Shown here: positions 1 through 8,787 of the stretch, in pieces
How the letters are laid out: each line of letters begins with the position of its first letter
Position numbering within the stretch: position 1 is the stretch's first letter
DNA from: Candidatus Omnitrophota bacterium
GTDB lineage: Bacteria > Omnitrophota > Gorgyraeia > Tantalellales > Tantalellaceae
NCBI GenBank assembly: GCA_014728045.1
Contig: WJMH01000015.1
Location: 22,479-86,478 of the forward strand
Reading direction: 5' to 3'
DNA length: 64,000 nucleotides
The notes under the pieces: generated by a model
The model's input: only the letters and a program-made list of their open reading frames with translations
Told to the model about the DNA's origin: nothing
Database searches by the model: none
Position numbers and translations under genes: made by a program

Positions 1-150
1 CTCGGCGTCCTGCTTGTAGCCGCTTAAGACCTCCTCGTACATGTTGGCCACCCGCTGGGGCGTTCCCTGCAGGCCTTCCCTGGCCGGATCCTCTCCCACG
101 GCTTCAAGTATGTCCCTCACGGCTTTTTTTATCTTTTCCTTGTCCATCTG
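1..150 (-). CDS. folE: GTP cyclohydrolase I (FolE), N-terminal part; gene continues beyond window start
   Basis: Reverse-complement translation of 1-150 gives [49 protein letters not shown], the conserved N-terminus of GTP cyclohydrolase I (LxxTPxRVAxMY motif). ATG at 150-148. Confidence 0.8.
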
Positions 151-188
151 TACCTCCGGTCCGTTACATTATAACACAACTTGACGCG

Positions 189-1580
189 TTATTTGCCTAT
201 ACAGAACTGTGAAAATATCCTGTCCAGTATGTCGCCCGGAACAGTCTCGCCGGTTATTCGGCCGAGCTGGCTCAGCGCCTCATTGAGGTCGCTGGCGAGC
301 AGTTCCGCGTTGAAGGTGTCCGCCAGGAGGCCGAGCGACCTTTCGACGCTCTTGAGGGCCTCCTTCAGCGCGTTACGGTGCCTGGCATTGGTGACCAGAA
401 CGCCTTCGGGGATCTGCGCATCCCCCTTGAAGAGTTTTTCTTCAAGCCTCTTCTCAAGCTTCTCAAGGCCTTCTTTTTTAAGAGCGGAGACTTCAACGGG
501 CTTTTGCCCCGCGCAAACGCCCTCAACTTCAGCGCTTTTAACGGCGAGCGGAAGATCGCATTTATTCAGAACCGGGACGTGCCTCTTATGCTTTATGGTC
601 TGGTATATACCGATGTCCTTCTCCGAAAGAGGACGGCTTGCGTCCATAACAAAGAGGACAACGTCACTTTCTTCGAGTTTCTCGCGCGAGCGCTTTATCC
701 CTTCTATCTCCACGCGGTCCTGCGTTTCTATTATGCCAGCGGTGTCGGAGATGCGCACCTTTATCCCCGATATATCCACCGCTTCCTCTATAACGTCCCT
801 TGTCGTGCCGGCAACGGAGGTCACGATGACCCGCTCGTGCCTTAAAAGAGCGTTCATGAGGCTGGACTTTCCGACATTGGGCTTTCCGCAGATCACGACG
901 CTCGCGCCTTCTCTGAGTATCATCCCTTTTTCGGATGTTCCTATAAGGCTCTTGAGTTTATCCCTGATACGTTCAACGCGTCCGGAGATCTCGCCGCCGG
1001 AAGGAAAATCAACATCCTCCTGCGAAAAATCTATCGTAAGCTCTATCTGGGCAAGCGTCTCTAAAAAGGCTTCCCTGAGACTTGTGACCTCCCCGGAAAA
1101 ATCACCCTCCAGCTGCCTGAGAGCGACGCGCCTTGCGGTATCGGTCTTCGACCTGATTATGTCCAGGACGGCCTCGGCCTGGGTAAGGTCGAGCCTGCCG
1201 TTGAGGAAAGCCCTTTTGGTGAATTCGCCAGGTTCGGCCAGACGCGCGCCTTCGGCCAGGCAGATATCAAGAACCCTGGATAAAGGCATCGCCCCTCCGT
1301 GGCAGCTGATCTCGACCATGTCCTCTTTGGTATAGGTCCTGGGCGATATCATTACCGTAAGAAGCACCTCATCAGCCACTTCTTCCGTCGCCGGGGAGAA
1401 GACGCGCCCGTAATGCACCCGGTGGCTCTCTGAAAAACTGGGACTCGCTCCCCTGGCGGGGCGGAAGACCTTCCGGGCTATCGCGATGGCATCCTTCCCG
1501 CTCACGCGCACTATACCTATACCGCCTTCACCGGGCGGGGTCGATATGGCCGCTATGGTGTCGTGTTCTATTTTCTGCAT
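189..1580 (-). CDS. mnmE: tRNA modification GTPase MnmE (TrmE)
   Basis: 463 aa. N-terminal TIAAISTPPGEGGIGIVRVSG, central G-domain (GKPNVGKSSLMNAL, DTAG), C-terminal CIGK motif typical of MnmE. Confidence 0.9.
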   Translation of the reverse strand: MQKIEHDTIAAISTPPGEGGIGIVRVSGKDAIAIARKVFRPARGASPSFSESHRVHYGRVFSPATEEVADEVLLTVMISPRTYTKEDMVEISCHGGAMPLSRVLDICLAEGARLAEPGEFTKRAFLNGRLDLTQAEAVLDIIRSKTDTARRVALRQLEGDFSGEVTSLREAFLETLAQIELTIDFSQEDVDFPSGGEISGRVERIRDKLKSLIGTSEKGMILREGASVVICGKPNVGKSSLMNALLRHERVIVTSVAGTTRDVIEEAVDISGIKVRISDTAGIIETQDRVEIEGIKRSREKLEESDVVLFVMDASRPLSEKDIGIYQTIKHKRHVPVLNKCDLPLAVKSAEVEGVCAGQKPVEVSALKKEGLEKLEKRLEEKLFKGDAQIPEGVLVTNARHRNALKEALKSVERSLGLLADTFNAELLASDLNEALSQLGRITGETVPGDILDRIFSQFCIGK

Positions 1581-2881
1581 GCAAGATCCCTTAATATGAT
1601 ATCCCTTACTTCCGCGATCACATAAAAAGAACCGGTTACGAGTATGAGGTCGCTTTCCTCGGCGAGTTTGAAAGCGCCGCCGAGAGCCTCGGGGACATCC
1701 CTTGTGATCATCGCGCTCCTTCGGCGGATGAACCCGCGGATGATCTCCGGATCCGCCGCCCTTTCGCTGGTGGCCCTGGTCAGGACGACCTCATCGGCAA
1801 GGGGCATGAGCTCATCGCACACGCTCTTGATCTCCTTGTCCCGGCAGATCCCCAAAACGAGCACGACCCTTCTTCCGGGGAATAGTCCCCTTACCGAAAC
1901 TGCCAGGGCGCGGGCGCTCGCGCCGTTCTGGGCGCCGTCTATCAAGACCATGGGCTTTTTGGAGAGGATCTCCATCCTGCCGGGAACATAAGCCCTGGCG
2001 ATGCCCCGTCTAAAAGCCTCCTTATCCCTGTTATCGCCTAAAAGTTCCTCGCAGATACCTGCCGCCGTCGCGCAGTTGGAGACCTGGAAAAAGCCCGGCA
2101 TGCGCGTTCTGCACAAGGTGTATTCGTCCCACTTGGTGAAAAGATCGAACCTGCTTCCTTCGGCGCCGGCCTCTCTCACCCGCCAGGTTATCTCCTCACC
2201 GGCCAGAGTCAGGGGAGAACCGACCTCCGCGCATCTTTTTTTTATGACAGAGAGGGCCTCCTCTTGCTGGGGAGATGATACGCACCGTGAGGCGCGCTTT
2301 ATTATCGCCGCCTTTTCGGCGGCGATCTCGCCGAGGGTCTTCCCCAGTACATGCGTATGGTCGTAGCTTACCGGGGTTATCCCGCAAACCGAGCTTTCAA
2401 GGACGTTCGTCGCGTCGAACCTCCCGCCGAGGCCGGTCTCGAAAACAGCGTAATCGACCCCGCTTCTGGCGAAATGCAGCATGGCCGCAAGCGTCATCAC
2501 CTCGAAATACGTAAAGTCCCCGGCGCCTTCGAGCCTCTCGCGTATAACGGATATCACATCCGCCAGTTCGCCATCTTCTATCTCTTTTGAGTTTATCCTT
2601 ATCCTCTCGTTCACCCTCAAAAGATGAGGCGAGGTGTAAAGCCCGGTACGGTACCCCGAACTGGAAAGGATCGATGAAGTGAACTGGCAGACAGACCCCT
2701 TGCCTTTGGTGCCGGCGACGTGGACGCTTTCGTAGGCCAGGTGCGGATCGTTGAGCTTCTTGAGAACCCCGGTGAGTTTTCCCGGATCGAGGCTCTCCGC
2801 GCCCACCCCCTCAAGCCCCCTCTTCTCGTAATTTACCAGGGAGGCCAGGAATCTTTCAGTGTCTGTCGGGAGTTTCTGCAT
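1568..2881 (-). CDS. folC: dihydrofolate synthase / folylpolyglutamate synthase
   Basis: 437 aa. Mur-ligase-type P-loop HVAGTKGKGS and FolC-like architecture. 13-nt overlap with mnmE start. Confidence 0.85.
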   Translation of the reverse strand: MQKLPTDTERFLASLVNYEKRGLEGVGAESLDPGKLTGVLKKLNDPHLAYESVHVAGTKGKGSVCQFTSSILSSSGYRTGLYTSPHLLRVNERIRINSKEIEDGELADVISVIRERLEGAGDFTYFEVMTLAAMLHFARSGVDYAVFETGLGGRFDATNVLESSVCGITPVSYDHTHVLGKTLGEIAAEKAAIIKRASRCVSSPQQEEALSVIKKRCAEVGSPLTLAGEEITWRVREAGAEGSRFDLFTKWDEYTLCRTRMPGFFQVSNCATAAGICEELLGDNRDKEAFRRGIARAYVPGRMEILSKKPMVLIDGAQNGASARALAVSVRGLFPGRRVVLVLGICRDKEIKSVCDELMPLADEVVLTRATSERAADPEIIRGFIRRRSAMITRDVPEALGGAFKLAEESDLILVTGSFYVIAEVRDIILRDLACRK

Positions 2882-2904
2882 GGGTAAACAATCTATCAGG
2901 TTGA

Positions 2905-4467
2905 TCAGTGGCGGAAATGGCGCTTCCCGGTAAAGACCATGGGAATGCCCAGCCTGTTACAGGCATCGATAACCTCTTTATCCCGGATCGAACCGCCAGG
3001 CTGGATTATCGCTGAAATGCCAGCTTTATGGGCTTCCTCCACAGAGTCGGCCATCGGGAAGAAGGCGTCGCTTGCAAGTACGGCCCCCTTCGCCCTTCCG
3101 GCTGCCTTGCGTATGGCGATCACGACCGAATCCACCCGCGACATCTGGCCGGCGCCTATACCGACGGTCTTGGTGCCCTGGGAGAGCACTATGGCGTTAC
3201 TTTTCACAAAACCCACCGCCTTCCAGGCGAAGAGCATCGATTCGATCTGTCCGGGGCCGGGCTTCTTTTCGGTGACCGCATCAAGGTCCTTTTTTGAGAT
3301 CTCCACGTTGTCCTTATCCTGCACCAGGAAACCTCCGGTGACCTTCTTGTAATCCTTACTCGCCCTGTCGCGGTAGGGCGCGAGCGCTTTTTTGAGGACT
3401 CTCAGGTTCTTTTTTGAACTGAATACTTCAAGCGCATCCTCCCCGTAGTCGGGGGCAACCACGCATTCAAAGAACCCGGCTTCCTTAATGATCATCTCCG
3501 CGAGCTCGCGGTCTATCTTCCCGTTAAAACCCATTATGCTGCCGAAGGCGCTCATCCTGTCGCAGTCAAGCGCCTGGATGAAGGCTTCCGGGAGCGTCCC
3601 GGAAGTTGCCAGGCCGCAGGGATTATTGTGCTTGACTATGCTGACGGCGGCGGAAGCGAAAGAGCTTACCATCTCAAGCGCCGAATCCAGGTCCATTATG
3701 TTGTTGAAGGAAAGCTCCTTGCCCTGGTACTGCCTGGCAGAGGCGAATCCCGCCCCGCCGTGTTTACCGCAGCTGTAATAGGATGCCTTCTGGTGAGGGT
3801 TCTCCCCGTACCTCAGGCTCATCGCCTTTGAAAGAGAAAGGTCGATCTTATCGGAAAGAGGTCCTTCGTCCTCTTCCTGGATCCCCCCGGAAAGATATTC
3901 GTATATGGCCCTGTCGTAGGAGCTGGTCCTCCTGTAGACCTCAACGGCAAGCTCTTTCAGGGTTTCCTCACCCAGACTGCCGCCGGTCCGCTCAAGTTCT
4001 TCTATCACCCGGGCGTACTGGCCGGGAGAACTTACCACGGCCACCGAGCGGTAGTTCTTGGCCGCGCTTCTGAGCATGGAAGGCCCGCCGATATCTATGT
4101 TCTCTATGGCCTCCTCCAGCGTTACGCCTTCTCGCGATACGGTCTTCTCGAAAGGATAAAGGTTCACCACGACCATGTCTATCATATCTATACCGGCCTG
4201 AGCGGCCTGTTCCATATGGCTTTTATTATCCCTTAAGCCGAGAAGGCCGCCGTGCACCTTGGGGTGCAGGGTCTTCACCCTGCCGTCCATCATCTCGGGG
4301 AACCCCGTGTATTCGGAGACTTCCTCGACATCAGCCCCCATACCGGCGATCTTTTTGTAGGTGCCCCCCGTTGACAAGATCTTGACCCCCAGGCGGGTGA
4401 GGGTCGCGACCATATCACTGAGTCCGGTCTTGTCCGATACGCTTATCAGTGCTCTTTGTACTTTCAC
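2905..4467 (-). CDS. purH: bifunctional AICAR transformylase / IMP cyclohydrolase PurH
   Basis: 520 aa. N-terminal MGS-like domain (ALISVSDKTGL) and AICARFT domain. Start codon is GTG at 4467-4465. Confidence 0.9.
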   Translation of the reverse strand: MKVQRALISVSDKTGLSDMVATLTRLGVKILSTGGTYKKIAGMGADVEEVSEYTGFPEMMDGRVKTLHPKVHGGLLGLRDNKSHMEQAAQAGIDMIDMVVVNLYPFEKTVSREGVTLEEAIENIDIGGPSMLRSAAKNYRSVAVVSSPGQYARVIEELERTGGSLGEETLKELAVEVYRRTSSYDRAIYEYLSGGIQEEDEGPLSDKIDLSLSKAMSLRYGENPHQKASYYSCGKHGGAGFASARQYQGKELSFNNIMDLDSALEMVSSFASAAVSIVKHNNPCGLATSGTLPEAFIQALDCDRMSAFGSIMGFNGKIDRELAEMIIKEAGFFECVVAPDYGEDALEVFSSKKNLRVLKKALAPYRDRASKDYKKVTGGFLVQDKDNVEISKKDLDAVTEKKPGPGQIESMLFAWKAVGFVKSNAIVLSQGTKTVGIGAGQMSRVDSVVIAIRKAAGRAKGAVLASDAFFPMADSVEEAHKAGISAIIQPGGSIRDKEVIDACNRLGIPMVFTGKRHFRH

Positions 4468-4488
4468 GCTGGCGGTGTTCCTTCCTTA

Positions 4489-5067
4489 TTATAGATTCAG
4501 GACGCTGTCCTTGAGCTTTGTTATCTCTATCTGGGTCTGGACCTTCTCTCTTTTCGCGTTAAGCTCGGTCTTCTTCTTGATGAGGGACGCCAGGCGGTCG
4601 TTCCATGTGCGTATCTCCTCCTGGGTGAGCGCGAGATCCTCTTTCTTGTCGATCAGTGAATTGATCTCGTTTATGTCCTTCTGTATGTCCCTCACCCGGT
4701 GGGTCAGTCTGCCGTACTCTCTTTTAAGTTCGGCAAGTTCCCTTTCCAGCTCTCTTTTCTCAGGCTGTATCTGCCTCTTTATCTTCTCCGCGCTGGTCCG
4801 GTACTCTTTGCGGGCCTGCTCTTTCTGCTCCTTAAGAGCGTTTATCTGGCTGTCGATGGTCTCGACCTTGCGCAGGTAGCTGGTCTTGTTCTGTTGAAGC
4901 TCCTGGCGCAGGCGGTTGCGGTTATCCAGGACCTTCTGGAAAGCGGGGTCATATGCAAGTATCTTTTTTTCCGCTTCGGCAGGTTTCGGGGCGCACCCGG
5001 CCAGGCTCAGGCACAATAGCAGCGCCGGTGCGATCAACCCTGTCGCGTAAAGCATCCGCCTCATCAT
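4489..5067 (-). CDS. coiled-coil lipoprotein, function unknown
   Basis: 192 aa. Signal peptide with perfect lipobox LAGC, followed by a K/E/Q-rich heptad-like helical region. Start ATG overlaps the upstream gene stop (ATGA). Confidence 0.5.
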   Translation of the reverse strand: MMRRMLYATGLIAPALLLCLSLAGCAPKPAEAEKKILAYDPAFQKVLDNRNRLRQELQQNKTSYLRKVETIDSQINALKEQKEQARKEYRTSAEKIKRQIQPEKRELERELAELKREYGRLTHRVRDIQKDINEINSLIDKKEDLALTQEEIRTWNDRLASLIKKKTELNAKREKVQTQIEITKLKDSVLNL

Positions 5068-5258
5068 TTGCCCTTCATCTTGAGAACGTCCTTCAGTTCG
5101 CTGAAACCTGAAAGCACGGCTATAATGCCCGCGAAAATAAGAACAAGAGGAAGCACGCCGCGCAGAACGAAAATAAGTTCATACCACCAGGAAATGAGCA
5201 GTATCAGTCCCACCACCATCACTATCGCGCCTATAAGAAGGCTCAGCAATTTACCCAT
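5064..5258 (-). CDS. small two-TM membrane protein, function unknown
   Basis: 64 aa with two hydrophobic helices. Stop overlaps the downstream lipoprotein start (ATGA), which suggests translational coupling. Confidence 0.4.
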   Translation of the reverse strand: MGKLLSLLIGAIVMVVGLILLISWWYELIFVLRGVLPLVLIFAGIIAVLSGFSELKDVLKMKGK

Positions 5259-5341
5259 TTTATTACCTCCATTTTATGGTTACTTGGATACGGGAAAATG
5301 AGTATAACACAGTTTTTTTTACGGTGTCAATACGGGTTGCT

Positions 5342-6715
5342 CTAACCCAGAAAAGTTGTCGCAACGCTCAGGTAAATAAAAACGCCTATAACGTCGTTGA
5401 GCGTCGTTATAAGGGGCCCGGAAGCTATCGCCGGGTCCACCCCTATTTTCTTGAACACAACCGGTATCAGGACCCCGACAAAGTTCGACCATACGACGAC
5501 AAGGAATATCGAAAGACCCACGATGATCCCGACGACGCTGTTGCCCTTCCAGTAATTGGCCAGGACTGAAAGGATCATCGCGCAGACCGCTCCCAGGATC
5601 AGGGCTATCTTGAGCTGGCGCCAGATCTCTTCCCACACCCTCGGGAAATCCATCCTGTCCAGGGCTATCTCCCTGACGACGACGGTAGAGGCCTGGACGC
5701 CGCTATTGCCTCCGGTGGCGGTTATGACGGGTATGAACGAGACCAGCGCTATCATCTCCGCCAGAGTGACCTCGAAGAACTGTATGACAAGCCCGGTCAC
5801 GATACTCCCGAGCATACAGGTAACAAGCCACGGCAGGCGGTTCTGCGTGGCCTGGACCGTGCTCTCGGTGCCCTGCTCCTCCTCTATGGTACCGGTCATG
5901 CGGCTTATGTCCTCGCCGTGCTCCTCGTCGACGACATCGAGGATGTCGTCGATGGTCACCCTCCCCACCAGTACGCCCTTACTGTCGACCACCGGAAGAG
6001 CCGTGAGGTCATACTTCTTCATGATCTGGGCGACCCTCTCCTGGTCCTCGTCGACAATGGCCGAGTGCACGTCCTCCTCCATGATGTCCTTTATCAGGGC
6101 TCCTTTTCTCGCGGTCAGCAGCTTCCTTATGGGGACGATACCCTTGAGTTTCATGTCCTTGTCGATGACATAGACGTAAAAAATATCCTCGTCGACCTCG
6201 AGGCTCCTTATGTACCTTATGGCGTCTTCTATGTCGTTCTCCTCGGAGACGTGCACGAACTCTGGGTTCATCACGCGCGCGGCGCTGTCCTTGGGGTAAC
6301 TGAGTATCTCCTCGACCTCCTCGACGTCCTTCTCTTCCATGAGCTCGAGGATGCTTTCGCGCTCGTCTTCGGGTATCTCCTCGACTATGTCGGCGGCTTC
6401 GTCCACAGGCATCGCGTCCAGTATCTGGGCGAGCTTGGCGTCGTCCACCTTCTGCAGTATTTGAAGGCGGGTCTGCGGGTCGGTGTCATCAAGTACTACC
6501 GCCGCTTCCTCGGATTCCAGAAGAGTGAATATCCGCAGCTTCTCCTCGACCTCGAATTCGGCGAGGACATCTGCTATGTCCTCGGGTTCCTGTCCCCGGA
6601 GGAACTCGGCGAGCTCCTGCCCGGAACCTTCCTCGAGTAAGCCGCGGAGAGTCGTTATCCTCTCTTCCCAGGTCTGCACCTCGGCGTGTTCTTTTTCTCT
6701 TGTGTTCTCTTCCAT
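5342..6715 (-). CDS. mgtE: magnesium transporter MgtE
   Basis: 457 aa. N-terminal acidic MgtE-N domain, tandem CBS domains, and a C-terminal 5-TM MgtE channel domain. Confidence 0.85.
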   Translation of the reverse strand: MEENTREKEHAEVQTWEERITTLRGLLEEGSGQELAEFLRGQEPEDIADVLAEFEVEEKLRIFTLLESEEAAVVLDDTDPQTRLQILQKVDDAKLAQILDAMPVDEAADIVEEIPEDERESILELMEEKDVEEVEEILSYPKDSAARVMNPEFVHVSEENDIEDAIRYIRSLEVDEDIFYVYVIDKDMKLKGIVPIRKLLTARKGALIKDIMEEDVHSAIVDEDQERVAQIMKKYDLTALPVVDSKGVLVGRVTIDDILDVVDEEHGEDISRMTGTIEEEQGTESTVQATQNRLPWLVTCMLGSIVTGLVIQFFEVTLAEMIALVSFIPVITATGGNSGVQASTVVVREIALDRMDFPRVWEEIWRQLKIALILGAVCAMILSVLANYWKGNSVVGIIVGLSIFLVVVWSNFVGVLIPVVFKKIGVDPAIASGPLITTLNDVIGVFIYLSVATTFLG

Positions 6716-6847
6716 GATCGAATATCCGCTGGATCTATCCGCGTGTTAAGGATTCTACTGATATTATTATACGGTCTATGAGCTTTATTTCCAAAATGTT
6801 TTTATTATTATAGAGATAATACGAAAATATGTTATAATCTCACCATT

Positions 6848-7738
6848 ATGACCAGATCGGGTTTTGTAGCCATATCGGGGCAGCCCAACGTGGGCAAGTC
6901 CACCATACTCAACGGGTTCCTGGGAGAAAAGGTAGCCATAACCAGCAGGAAACCCGAGACGACAAGGGACAATATAAGGGGCATCCTTTCCGAAGACGGG
7001 ATGCAGATCGTGTTCGTGGATACTCCCGGCATCCACAAACCCCACGACCTTCTGGGCAAGCTCATGCTCTCCAGGGCCCAGTCCACCCTGATGGAAGCGG
7101 ATATCATTCTTTTCATAACAGAGAAAAAGCTCGCCTTTAACAGTGAGGACCAGCTGATACTGAGCCGACTTCCAAAGCCCCAGGAAAACAGAAAGGTCAT
7201 CCTCGTCATAAACAAGGTGGACAAGGTGAAGGACAAGAAGCTCCTCCTGCCCGTCATCGACAAAGCCAGCAAGTTCTACCCGTTCGCCGAGATCGTTCCT
7301 GTCTGCGCCCTTAAACAGGCGGACCTGGACAGACTTCTGCAGGTAGTGAGGTCCTACGTGCCGGAAGGCCCGTTCCTTTACCCGGAGGAGCAGCTCACCG
7401 ACAGGGGCGAGGAATTCGCCGTCAGCGAGATCATACGCGAGAAGGTATTCTCCAACACCTACCATGAGGTGCCCCACTCGGTGGCGGTTGTGGTGGACGA
7501 AATGACCGAGGAGGACGGGCGGATGAACGTATACGCAACCATCTACGTCGAACGCGCCTCCCAGAGGTCCATCATAATCGGTAAGTCAGGCTCGATGATA
7601 AAAAAGATCGGGCGCGCCGCGCGCAGCGAAATAGAGAAACTGCTCTCGATGCGCGTGCACCTGGACCTGTGGGTCAAGGTCTACGAAAAATGGAAAAAGG
7701 ACCCGCGGGGCCTCAGGGACATGGGTTATACCGGCTAG
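6848..7738 (+). CDS. era: GTPase Era
   Basis: 296 aa. G1 motif GQPNVGKST, DTPG, NKVD, and a C-terminal KH domain. Divergent from mgtE across an AT-rich promoter region with a TTATAAT-like box near 6830. Confidence 0.9.
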   Translation: MTRSGFVAISGQPNVGKSTILNGFLGEKVAITSRKPETTRDNIRGILSEDGMQIVFVDTPGIHKPHDLLGKLMLSRAQSTLMEADIILFITEKKLAFNSEDQLILSRLPKPQENRKVILVINKVDKVKDKKLLLPVIDKASKFYPFAEIVPVCALKQADLDRLLQVVRSYVPEGPFLYPEEQLTDRGEEFAVSEIIREKVFSNTYHEVPHSVAVVVDEMTEEDGRMNVYATIYVERASQRSIIIGKSGSMIKKIGRAARSEIEKLLSMRVHLDLWVKVYEKWKKDPRGLRDMGYTG

Positions 7739-8358
7739 ACGGAAAGGCCGAACCTGGCCAGATCGGCGCGCAACTGCTCTGAAGAAGTGAAATGGAAAGC
7801 GTGTATGCCCATCACCCTCGCCGCCCGGATGAGGTCAAGCCTGTCATCCACATAGATCGTCTCAGGAGGTATGGAGCCCGCCTTGCGCATAGCCTCGGCG
7901 AATATCCTTCTGTCGGGCTTCTGGCATCCGGCCTCGTATGAGACAACGTGGCCGTCCAGCTCATCCAGGATCTTATAATTATCCCGTATATACCTGTAAT
8001 GCGCCTCGTTGGTATTGGAGATAAGTATGAGCTTTACATCCGGATAAGAACTCTTCAGGTTCCTTATAAGATCCTCCATGTCGCTCTTGGCGAGGAAGAT
8101 GCTGTTCCACACCCGGTAGAAGTCACCGAACTTCATGTCCAGCCTGAACCTGCGCCTTGCCCTGTAATAGAACTGGCTCGTGGAAAGTTTGCCTTCCATG
8201 TACCTGTTGGCATCCTGGGAAGCCTTGACGTAACTGACGAGCTCTCCCTCGGACACTTTCCCGTGGGGAGAATAGCTCCTCTCGAGCTTTACCTCGTCAA
8301 CGTCCACGATGACGTTACCCAGGTCGAAAAGTATGGCTTTTATGTTCTTTTTTCCCAT
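7735..8358 (-). CDS. HAD-superfamily hydrolase
   Basis: 207 aa. N-terminal motif I ILFDLGNV (DxD-type variant). Convergent with era, with a 4-nt overlap. Confidence 0.7.
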   Translation of the reverse strand: MGKKNIKAILFDLGNVIVDVDEVKLERSYSPHGKVSEGELVSYVKASQDANRYMEGKLSTSQFYYRARRRFRLDMKFGDFYRVWNSIFLAKSDMEDLIRNLKSSYPDVKLILISNTNEAHYRYIRDNYKILDELDGHVVSYEAGCQKPDRRIFAEAMRKAGSIPPETIYVDDRLDLIRAARVMGIHAFHFTSSEQLRADLARFGLSV

Positions 8359-8774
8359 CTTTCCCGGTATTTATCCAGCGCCTCTTTGAGTATGTCGCGG
8401 GAGCCTTCGTACTCTATGGTGCCGAGCGCCTCCTCCGCGCTCATCCACCTGGCCTCTTCGACTTCCTCTTCCTGCGGCCTGAGCGTTTCATCACCCTCGC
8501 TCTCCATGAGGAAAACCTGCACGGTCTTAAAGACCTTGACGCCCTTAAGAACATAATGGTACTGCTGTTTGCCGACCAGGCCAAGCAGCTTCAGCCGCTC
8601 AAGCCCCGTCTCCTCGGAGACCTCCCTTACGGCCGCTTCCTCGGCGGTTTCTCTGTCTTCCAGGTGGCCTTTGGGCCAGGTCCAGTGGCCGTAGCTGTCC
8701 CTGATAAGAAGTACCTGCACGGAACCGTCCCTTTCCCTGACGACCACGCCTCCCGCGGCAAAATGAAGTTCCAT
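8340..8774 (-). CDS. NUDIX hydrolase
   Basis: NUDIX box GHLEDRETAEEAAVREVSEETGL. I place the start at the internal ATG 8774 (MELHFAAGG...), which is preceded by GGAG. The six-frame ORF extends to 8954 only as an Arg/Thr-rich stretch overlapping the helicase gene. Confidence 0.75.
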   Translation of the reverse strand: MELHFAAGGVVVRERDGSVQVLLIRDSYGHWTWPKGHLEDRETAEEAAVREVSEETGLERLKLLGLVGKQQYHYVLKGVKVFKTVQVFLMESEGDETLRPQEEEVEEARWMSAEEALGTIEYEGSRDILKEALDKYRERWEKRT

Positions 8775-8787
8775 CCCTCTGCTCCTT

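Noticed and set aside
5918-6640. Long antisense ORFs in the six-frame track opposite real genes (for example 5918-6640 opposite mgtE, 12894-13967 opposite glgP, 18596-19447 opposite the PP2C gene, 38895-40037 and 35442-35990 opposite gene B, 45542-46429 opposite gene A')
   Set aside because: They are shadow ORFs typical of GC-rich coding strands. They have no RBS, biased low-complexity composition (R/P/H/G-rich) and no recognisable motifs, and each is fully contained in a strongly supported gene on the other strand.
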